Source: Calothrix sp. PCC 7103
Lineage (GTDB): Bacteria; Cyanobacteriota; Cyanobacteriia; Cyanobacteriales; Nostocaceae
NCBI GenBank assembly: GCA_000331305.1
Contig: KB217483.1
Coordinates: 1,071,937 to 1,103,936, forward strand
Length of the DNA stretch: 32,000 nucleotides
Reading direction: 5' to 3'
Positions 19,037 to 25,896 of this stretch are shown here, piece by piece; positions within the stretch are counted from its first letter, which is position 1, and every line of letters starts with the position of its first letter. The notes under the pieces were generated by a model. That model searched no databases and had not been told where the DNA came from. It saw nothing but the letters and a program-made list of their open reading frames with translations. A program made the translations under genes and the position numbers.

Positions 19037-19475
19037 AAGCATGTTGTATAAAACATAAACAACAACAAAACCCTTTCTCCAAGCATGTTGTATACATCGT
19101 GTATGGCATAATTATCGAACGGCAACAGTTGCCGTTCGATAATTATGCAATACACAACAGCTGAAAGCTATGTATTGTAGGTATTTCTACGTCATTAATA
19201 CTTTATACAACAAGTAGCAAGTTTTGGTTCTAATAAGCTGCTACCTCAAAAACTGCCCAGAATCTATTCGTCATGAGAAAGTTTACTTGTATGAACTTAT
19301 CTTTAAACAACGATATAAATTGTTGTTGTTGTTTTTGTTATTTAATATATTTTTGTTGTATTACATAACGATGAACCAATGTGGGAACTGTTGTATGTTA
19401 GTTTGCATAAAGTAGTATTTTGACTATATATTTATAAGAGTCGCAGCCCCCTTAACTCGTCTATACAATGCTGAC
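19037..19475. repeat. Iteron-like repeats plus long palindrome (candidate replication origin)
   Basis: AAGCATGTTGTATA x2 (19037-19050, 19081-19094). TGTTGTAT core also at 19354-19361 and 19389-19396, and inverted at 19205-19212. Perfect 43-nt palindrome at 19106-19148 (GCATAATTATCGAACGGCAAC A GTTGCCGTTCGATAATTATGC). The surrounding tracts are AT-rich. Confidence 0.5.
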
Positions 19476-19607
19476 AAAGCAGCACAAAAGTAAATTTATA
19501 TACTAAGCCAAAAAATAAAAATTCGATTTTTTCTCAATATAAATACTTAAATTGGATGTTTTTAGTTACTAAAATTACAGATTAATGTCTGTAGTAAATT
19601 TTAGAGC

Positions 19608-19795
19608 GGCGCCAAAACTCTTATCCACCCTTTGAATTTACACGCCCTGCGCGCAAGCTGATATATATATAGCAGTCCTAAATCATTTGTGAAACCCGTG
19701 CATTGTAGAGACGCGACATGTCGCGTCTCTACATTATTTGGGCATTTTTTACAATTCATCTAGGACTGCTATACCAGCTTGCCTCGCAAGGCGCC
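19608..19795. repeat. MITE-like nested hairpin element bounded by GGCGCC
   Basis: GGCGCC at 19608 and 19790. Outer arms 19654-19690 / 19751-19781. Central perfect 30-nt palindrome TGTAGAGACGCGACATGTCGCGTCTCTACA (19704-19733). Confidence 0.7.
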
Positions 19796-19822
19796 TGTCA
19801 ATTCAAGAACAAAGAAGTGAAA

Positions 19823-20992
19823 TTAGAAATTAGGCACCCGGATTTCTCGACTTTGCCCTGCGTAGTGTCGATAGATAATTTCTGGTGAATTACCTACCAG
19901 TTTCGCTACGTCCTTAACATCCATCCCATTTCTAAGCGCCATCGTGATAAATGTGTGCCTGGTTTGGTAAAGTTTCTTGTACTCAATACCATCTAGCTCT
20001 CCAATAACTGCTTTCCAACCTCTTGTATTCAGGTTGCGTGTATCTATCCAAGTTCCTTCGCGTGAAGGAAATACTTTTGTATCACTACAGGCGCCGCTTG
20101 GTTTAATCGACTTCAACAACGCACCCAACCGCTCATTGACAGGAAAAGCCCGTTTTTTCTGAGTTTTCAAACCTTTCTTACAAACTAGTCCAGACTCAGA
20201 AATTACCACAGCTTGCTCAAACCTCAGAAAACGAAAGTCATTGCTTATATGCTTCCACTGCAAAGCAACAGCTTCGGATGGTCTGCAACCTGTGATAAAT
20301 AAGAACTCAATAAAGGGAGCATAGTATTTGTAACGCGCGCTGTTTTGGAATCCTGTAATAATGCGGTCGCGTTCTTCAATGCTAAAGGGGTTAATATCGT
20401 TATCTTCCCTACTACCCTTTGGCAATTTGATGTCGCTAGCCATATTCTCAAAGGGATTTTCCTTGATTAACTCAGATTTAACAGCCCAGTCACAGCAAGC
20501 AGATAATTGCGTCAGCATTCGTTTCGATGCATCTGGACTTCTGTTTGCGTTTAACCAATTGCGAATTACTACTGCTTTGTCTAATGTATTGACTGGAAGA
20601 TGCACGCTAACACAGCGCGCGACTTTTTTATAATCTTTAGCTAAAGTACTTGGGGATAAACCTGGGCGCCTAAACTCAGTGTAACTTTCCCATAAATCAA
20701 CCAGCGATGGCGCCACTTCCTCCATAACTGGTGTAATTTTTGGTGTAACCTTTTCCACTAAAGGTTCTGGCTTATACTTCGCCAAAGTCGGGTCAAAATT
20801 GCCAGATAAAATATCTAGCTCAATTAGTTGACCCTTTGCCATCGCGACTTTGCGGTTGGCAACGGTATCTATAAACCCAGTAGAGAGATAGTACCGTTTG
20901 CCGCCAACACGAAATACAAGTTGCAGCCAGTCGTGCGAGTTTTTAATTTGGACGGTTCCTTTGGACGATTTAGATTCTTTGGGTTGAGACAT
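19823..20992 (-). CDS. int: Tyrosine-type site-specific integrase with Arm-DNA-binding N-terminal domain
   Basis: N-terminus VQIKNSHDWLQLVFRVGGKRYYLSTGFIDTVANRKVAMAKGQLIELDILSGNFDPTLAKYKP looks like a cyanobacterial DUF3596-type arm-binding domain. C-terminus TGCRPSEAVAL ... TRHTFIT ... GNSPEIIYRHY. Confidence 0.85.
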   Translation of the reverse strand: MSQPKESKSSKGTVQIKNSHDWLQLVFRVGGKRYYLSTGFIDTVANRKVAMAKGQLIELDILSGNFDPTLAKYKPEPLVEKVTPKITPVMEEVAPSLVDLWESYTEFRRPGLSPSTLAKDYKKVARCVSVHLPVNTLDKAVVIRNWLNANRSPDASKRMLTQLSACCDWAVKSELIKENPFENMASDIKLPKGSREDNDINPFSIEERDRIITGFQNSARYKYYAPFIEFLFITGCRPSEAVALQWKHISNDFRFLRFEQAVVISESGLVCKKGLKTQKKRAFPVNERLGALLKSIKPSGACSDTKVFPSREGTWIDTRNLNTRGWKAVIGELDGIEYKKLYQTRHTFITMALRNGMDVKDVAKLVGNSPEIIYRHYAGQSREIRVPNF

Positions 20993-21033
20993 AATCGTAA
21001 AGTCCTATGGTTAGGTTAATCAGGGCGCCTTGA

Positions 21034-21055
21034 TTTACCCCCAATTTACCCCCAA
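21034..21055. repeat. Tandem TTTACCCCCAA x2 just upstream of int
   Basis: 21034-21044 and 21045-21055. The related TACCCCAAT x2 at 21289-21297 and 21300-21308 lies on the other side of the tRNA fragment. Confidence 0.7.
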
Positions 21056-21151
21056 AATTAGTCTAACTACGTCCAAAAACGGCCAACGTGGAATCAAATT
21101 ACACCAAACTTGCACCATTGAGAACGGCTGAAATGGACTTTTTTGGACACT

Positions 21152-21183
21152 AAAAAACCCCGGAAACTCTTGCTTCACGGGGC
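21152..21183 (-). terminator. Rho-independent terminator immediately 3' of the tRNA-Phe fragment
   Basis: The minus strand reads GCCCCGTGAAGCAAGAGTTTCCGGGGTTTTTTA (stem CCCCG/CGGGG followed by a T-run). Confidence 0.6.
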
Positions 21184-21195
21184 TTTCGACGTTTA

Positions 21196-21237
21196 TGCCA
21201 GGAACGAGACTTGAACTCGTGACACGAGGATTTTCAG
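21196..21237 (-). other. 3' 42 nt of tRNA-Phe(GAA), anticodon loop to acceptor end: integrase attachment-site core, not a complete tRNA
   Basis: The minus strand reads CTGAAAATCCTCGTGTCACGAGTTCAAGTCTCGTTCCTGGCA: CUGAAAA anticodon loop, T-arm with GTTCAAGTC, and the acceptor 3' strand. No matching 5' acceptor strand or D-arm lies upstream. Confidence 0.75.
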
Positions 21238-21550
21238 TGTTCCTGTAACATCGATTTCTCAGTACTTTTAGGCTTCTTGTAAACCAATTACCCCAATACT
21301 ACCCCAATTCCTTCAATTCTGCAACTAGTCCTCCAATTACTCCTCTGCTCACCTTTTATTTTGGAAAATTTGTATTACATCAATGTCTGCAATATTCGTT
21401 ACTGGCATTAAAGCTCAATTTATACCTTTTTAGCTTAAAAGTATTGGCATAAGAGCTTAAATTCATAAAATCTGAGTTATTAAACTAGTAGTATTAACAA
21501 CGTAATTATCTAAAATAAGCTATTTATACTTATATAATACAATATGTAGC

Positions 21551-21589
21551 ATTAGTCCTCTGCTCACCTCCATTAGTCCTCTGCTCATC
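21551..21589 (+). repeat. Tandem ATTAGTCCTCTGCTCAYC x2 (21-bp period), third related copy at 21338-21353
   Basis: 21551-21568 and 21572-21589. TACTCCTCTGCTCACC at 21338-21353. All lie in an AT-rich non-coding stretch. Confidence 0.7.
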
Positions 21590-21941
21590 ACCAAGAAACA
21601 CTCAGGTCTTGTTCAAACGAATGTTTATAGCAATCAATCGAATTTAGTATTTTTTATTTCTGTTAATAACGTAAATATACTTAGATACAAATAAATGCTT
21701 ATTTTAAGCTATTGCATGAAACACAGGCACCATTTCTAATTCAACATCATCAGCATGATTTACGTACAATAATTCATCATACCTTTAAAAAAGGCGCCTT
21801 TCCCTAATAAATTGTAACAATAAAAACATGGCTTAATTATCTTCAAGATTTATTAATTAAGCCTTTTATTTCTATTAGCTTTATCAGATAATAAAGGTTG
21901 GGTGATAAAAGAAACCCAGGCTGTGTATCTGTCTAAATTCA

Positions 21942-22850
21942 ATGACGAAAAACCCTTTTGACCAGTTTTCAAAGCAATTCTTCAAAGAATGTCTATCACC
22001 ATTAGGTGAAGTAAAAATCAGCGAGGAAATACCCGGAGAGCCAAGATTTGTTGATATTTGGTTTATCCCATCAACTCAACCACCTGTGGAGGATTTACCA
22101 GATTTGGGTATTTTAACAAGGATTGCTGAAACTCCCTGTTTATTGGAACCGTTTCGTAAGCAACCAACAGAATGGGAAATTCGCAGTTGCTTGGGAAAAT
22201 TAGTTCACTTAGAAGCAGAACTGCGACGCGAAGCAAGACGAGATGAGGATACAGTATCTGAGGATGAACTGCCACGGTTATGGATTATTTCAACAACTTT
22301 TTCTGATGAACTGCTGAGTAAACTGCCTGCTCATAGAGACTCTTCTTGGCCAGAAGGTATTTATTTTGCAGGAGAAGTATTTTTAACTCGAGTTGTTGCT
22401 ATTGACAAATTACAGCGTATTCCCGAAACACTTTGGTTAAGAATTTTGGGTAAAGGCTTGACTCAGAAACAAGCTGTTGATGACGTGGTAGCTTTGCCGA
22501 GAGGTAATCCCAAACGTTCCAAGATTTTATCGCTACTTTACACTTGGAAGATTAACATGGAAATAAGCACAGAGATTAATATTGAAGATAAAGAAGAGTT
22601 ACTTATGAACTTATCACAAGCTTATTTGGAGTGGGAGCAAGAAACTGTAGAGCGCGGTAAGGAGATTGGCAAGGAGCAAGAGCGACGACAAGTTGTAGAA
22701 AACTTGCTCTTGTTTCGCTTTAGTTCGTTAGACCCCGAGCTTCAAGCAATTATTCCATCCATCCTAGCACTGTCTCCAACAGAATTTACTTCTATGTTAA
22801 TGCAATTGTCTCGTGAGGAATTAATTACCAGATTCAATACGCAAAATTAA
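21942..22850 (+). CDS. DUF4351-domain protein (Rpn/PD-(D/E)XK putative-transposase-like family common in cyanobacteria)
   Basis: N-terminus FDQFSKQFFKECL...PRFVDIWFIP. C-terminus QERRQVVENLLLFRFSSLDPELQAIIPSILALSPTEFTSMLMQL matches the DUF4351 pattern as I remember it. Confidence 0.6.
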   Translation: MTKNPFDQFSKQFFKECLSPLGEVKISEEIPGEPRFVDIWFIPSTQPPVEDLPDLGILTRIAETPCLLEPFRKQPTEWEIRSCLGKLVHLEAELRREARRDEDTVSEDELPRLWIISTTFSDELLSKLPAHRDSSWPEGIYFAGEVFLTRVVAIDKLQRIPETLWLRILGKGLTQKQAVDDVVALPRGNPKRSKILSLLYTWKINMEISTEINIEDKEELLMNLSQAYLEWEQETVERGKEIGKEQERRQVVENLLLFRFSSLDPELQAIIPSILALSPTEFTSMLMQLSREELITRFNTQN

Positions 22851-22938
22851 AAAACGCTATTTTTTGTGTTTAGGGTAAGTAAAAATACTCTTACCCTTAT
22901 TTTTTATAATTTTTCATTACACCTGAAAAATGAATATA

Positions 22939-23238
22939 GGAATAAGCACAGAGAATAATAATTAAGAAAAAGAAGAGTAAATAAATGAATTTATCGCAAG
23001 CTTATTTGGAGTGGGAGCAAGAAACCGTAGAGCGCGGTAGGGAGCATTCTTCGGCACCAAGTTGTAGAAAACTTGCTTGCCTGTCGCTTTGGTTCGCTAG
23101 ACTCAGAACTTCAAGCAATTATTCCATCCATCTTAGCGCTGTCTCCATCAGAATTTACTCCTATGTTAATGCAATTGTCTCGTGAGGAATTAATTACCAG
23201 ATTAGCTACGCAAAATTAAAAAATACTATTTTTTGTAA
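22939..23238 (+). pseudogene. Decayed duplicate of the 3' 310 bp of the preceding gene
   Basis: 22939-23238 aligns with 22559-22868, including the post-stop AAAATTAAAAAA..CTATTTTTTGT. An internal deletion and stop codons break the frame. Confidence 0.8.
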
Positions 23239-23244
23239 TAAAAA

Positions 23245-23348
23245 GGCGCCACTCACTTCGTTCAAATTGTTAAGGTCGATGGGGAGTATTATCTCCCCAT
23301 CGACCCTAACAATTAATAATTTTAAATTTGAGCGTAGCGAGTGGCGCC
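23245..23348. repeat. Imperfect ~104-bp hairpin element bounded by GGCGCC
   Basis: GGCGCCACTC...GTTAAGGTCGATGGGGAG tattat CTCCCCATCGACCCTAAC...GAGTGGCGCC. Confidence 0.7.
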
Positions 23349-23383
23349 GTCGTTATCAGGGTGCATCTACCATGACTGCCTGA

Positions 23384-23953
23384 CAGAAGTGTGTTAAACC
23401 CAAGGACAATGCTGAAAAGTTACTAGATAAGATTGCTGAATTTCTAGCTCAAAGGGGATTGAATGTTAAAGCCTCTAAAACTAAGTTAGTTTCCTCGACA
23501 GACGGTTTTGATTTCCTAGGTTGGCATTTTAAAGTGCAACGAAACGGAAAGTTTAGAAGTACTCCCTCAGAGGAAAATTTTAAAACATTCCGTAAGAAAG
23601 TAAAAACTATTGTTAACTGTTCTAACTATGGTGCTGAGACTAAAACTGAAAAGCTGGCTCCGATTGTACGAGGATGGAGAAACTATCATAAATACTGCAA
23701 AATGGATGGCTCACGGTATTCCTTATGGTTCTTAACCCACAGGACTTTTAAAGTCTTTCTTAAAGAAGGAAACATGAACCGATATCAAGCAGAACAGCTA
23801 GTAAAAAATGCTTTCCCGGCAATACCATATTCCGAAAATGCATTTATCAAAGTTAAAGGAGATATATCTCCCTTTGGCGGCGATGTAATTTATGCGCGAC
23901 GTGAAAGTCGTATGAGTAGGGAAACCTACGAACTGAATTGGTCAGCCGTCTGA
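23384..23953 (+). pseudogene. Group II intron reverse transcriptase/maturase fragment (intron A: RT domain 7 + X domain), 5'-truncated
   Basis: AEFLAQRGLNVKASKTKLVSSTDGFDFLGWHF; LAPIVRGWRNYHKYC; VKGDISPFGGDVIY. The frame is open from 23384, and the upstream part of the RT is missing. Confidence 0.8.
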
Positions 23954-24183
23954 CCTCAGAGAGCAGAAATCTGATTCCCACGTAAACAGGTCACTGACCT
24001 GGGGGCGCATCAAGGCTGGTAACGGTACTGATGAAGTGCAAGCCCACGAAAGCCACATGGTATAAATAATACTACGTCCGAAGTCACGGCGACCAAATGA
24101 TGGCAAGGGAAAGGTGTGTAGGGTGAAGGTAACTGAACCATTGTAAGCTTCGTCATAGTCGCATATGGGTGAAACCCACAGCC

Positions 24184-24242
24184 GAATGGCACTAAGAAAA
24201 GGCAGAGGGCAGATGGCAGAGGGCAGAAGGAGGGAGAAGTAA
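24184..24242. repeat. Left inverted arm of second four-helix-bundle cassette
   Basis: 24184-24233 is a perfect 50-nt reverse complement of 25099-25148. It shares the core GGCAGAGGGCAGWWGGCAGAGGGCAGAAGGARGGAG with the 3349/6045 arms. Confidence 0.85.
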
Positions 24243-24401
24243 CAAGGTAAAAGTGCTATCTATCTGAAGTTTTCATCGTCTCACTTAGACATACGATAAC
24301 GCTGGGCAGTTAAAAAAGTAACGATTTGAAAATTTAGCTATGGTATAAAAAGCCTTGCGTGTTAAATCAAATTAGATCAGAACACAGCAAGGCTAAATAA
24401 A

Positions 24402-24977
24402 ATGACTACTTCTACTGTGCCAAATCGTGTTGAAATACTCAAGCAAAAATTTAGGCAAAGTTTGGGTCTACCTTTCCAAGACATATTACCAGAGTCCACA
24501 ATTCAACAATCAATTGATGAATTATCAATCAAATATAAACGACGTTTATTTGACCCATTTGTGACACTATGGACATTTTTATTCTCCTTCGGAGACACTT
24601 CGTGAACACAGGTATTAGATGCTGATAAAAGTTGTCACAATGCAGTTTCAAGAGTAATCGCTTGGTTGTCGGGAGAAAATGTAGAGATACCTTCACCAGA
24701 TACAAGTGCGTATTGCCAAGCACGAAAAAGATTACCAGAAGAATTAGTGAAAAATCTGTTTTATAAAAGTGGAGAAAACTTTTCAGAAAAAATCGAAGCA
24801 TTATTTTTATGGTGTGGTCGCCATGTTAAAGTTATAGACTGTTCAACAGTATCAATGCCAGATACAAAAGAATTGCAACAAGCTTATCCTCAATCAACAA
24901 GCCAACTTGAAGGTTGTGGTTTTCCAATAGCCAAAATTTGTGTTATTTTTAGCCTCATAACTGGTGCTGCAAGCTGA
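24402..24977 (+). pseudogene. IS4-family transposase N-terminal fragment (frameshifted, 3'-truncated)
   Basis: Two track ORFs: ...FDPFVTLWTFL / ...CHNAVSRVIAWLSGENVEIPSPDTSAYCQARKRLPEELV...VKVIDCSTVSMPDT (first DDE Asp context). It ends abruptly where the four-helix-bundle fragment begins. Confidence 0.65.
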
Positions 24978-25062
24978 AAACCAACTATTTGCCTCTCCTC
25001 TTAAAGAAGTTGAAGAAATGCAAAGAATTATGGTTGCTAGCATTAACAAACTTAAAACCTAA
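24976..25062 (+). pseudogene. C-terminal 28 codons of a four-helix-bundle protein gene
   Basis: ENQLFASPLKEVEEMQRIMVASINKLKT* parallels NEVEEMQSILVATLNKLTAGVKK* of the intact copy at 5549-5914. Confidence 0.7.
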
Positions 25063-25090
25063 AACTTAAAACCTAAAACTTAAAACTTTT

Positions 25091-25148
25091 TACTTTCTCC
25101 TCCTTCTGCCCTCTGCCATCTGCCCTCTGCCTTTTCTTAGTGCCATTC
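25091..25148. repeat. Right inverted arm of second cassette
   Basis: See 24184-24242. Confidence 0.85.
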
Positions 25149-25329
25149 AACCCACAGCCTGTGGGATATGACTTGACAACACCCATTACCAAAAGGTAGG
25201 AGGACGGGTTTTAACATGTATATATTAAAACCAACTGCCAAAGTTTCTCCCGGAGTAAAGATGGCACCCGTAACATCGCAAGTTCAGCATACGGAACACG
25301 GTAAGCCCCAATTAGTCTAAGTAATACTT

Positions 25330-25530
25330 TGCCCAATATGTGGCGAACACATCTACTGCTCTGAACCACTACAACTGCACCACATTATTCCAGTTAATAA
25401 AGGTGGCACAGAGAAATTGGAAAATTTGACCTGGATGCACGAAGCCTGTCACAAAATAACACATACCAAGAAGTCCAAAAAGTCAGAATCCTCGCCAACA
25501 ATCGATGATTGGGTAGTTACTGAGGCTTGA
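25330..25530 (+). pseudogene. HNH endonuclease domain belonging to intron A RT
   Basis: CPICGEHIYCSEPLQLHHIIPVNKGGTEKLENLTWMHEACHKITH. Its stop overlaps the start of domain V. Confidence 0.75.
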
Positions 25531-25646
25531 GCCGGATGACGCGAAAGTATCAAGTCCGGTTCTTAGGGGAGGTGTAAAACTTGACAAAAATAATCCGTAA
25601 GGATGACGATAGTCTCGCTGATGGCAACATCAGCGCCTTACCCGAC
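25529..25646 (+). ncRNA. Group II intron A domain V (25529-25562) and domain VI-like 3' end
   Basis: GAGCCGGATGACGCGAAAGTATCAAGTCCGGTTC is a canonical 34-nt D5 (AGC triad, GAAA loop). The following segment parallels the D6 regions at 27073-27131 and ends ...CCCGAC. Confidence 0.75.
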
Positions 25647-25868
25647 TGGTCACAAAGAGAATCTAAACTCTATGATGGGATAACAGCCAGAAAGTTGAAA
25701 AAACAGAAACATGCTTGTGGATATTGTGGCATGAGATTTATGCCCGGTGAAGATATAAACCTACACCATATAGATGGAAACCACAGTAATTGGAAGGATA
25801 AGAACCTGGTAGTCGTACACCAATCTTGCCACCAACATTTCCACATGACGCATAGCCGAAAGACTTAG
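25647..25868 (+). pseudogene. Group II intron B RT C-terminal fragment with HNH domain
   Basis: WSQRESKLYDG...CGYCGMRFMPGEDINLHHIDGNHSNW...CHQHFH. It is the 3' part of track ORF 25581-25868, whose first 22 codons are intron A RNA. Confidence 0.75.
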
Positions 25869-25896
25869 ATTATCAGGAGCGTAGTGCTGGGAAACC

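Noticed and set aside
19224-19415. Track ORF (63 aa) in the region downstream of dnaB.
   Set aside because: Its translation is low-complexity, Leu/Phe/Tyr-rich sequence from AT-rich repeat DNA. The region is better explained as iteron/origin-like sequence.
19977-21019. ORFs 19977-20162, 20245-20451, 20361-20633 and 20828-21019, overlapping the integrase gene.
   Set aside because: They are alternative-frame or antisense ORFs within the well-supported integrase CDS.
21196-21290. A possible complete tRNA-Phe gene on the minus strand.
   Set aside because: Only the 3' 42 nt match a tRNA. Upstream there is no GCCAGGA acceptor strand, D-arm or anticodon-stem 5' strand.
24010-24192. Minus-strand track ORF (60 aa).
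   Set aside because: It lies in sequence that resembles group II intron D3/D4 RNA and runs into the repeat arm. It is most likely non-coding.
25050-25087. A short tandem tract, CTTAAAACCTAAAACTTAAAACCTAAAACTTAAAAC.
   Set aside because: It is a low-complexity microsatellite-like tail after the truncated four-helix-bundle gene. No further structure or function is evident.
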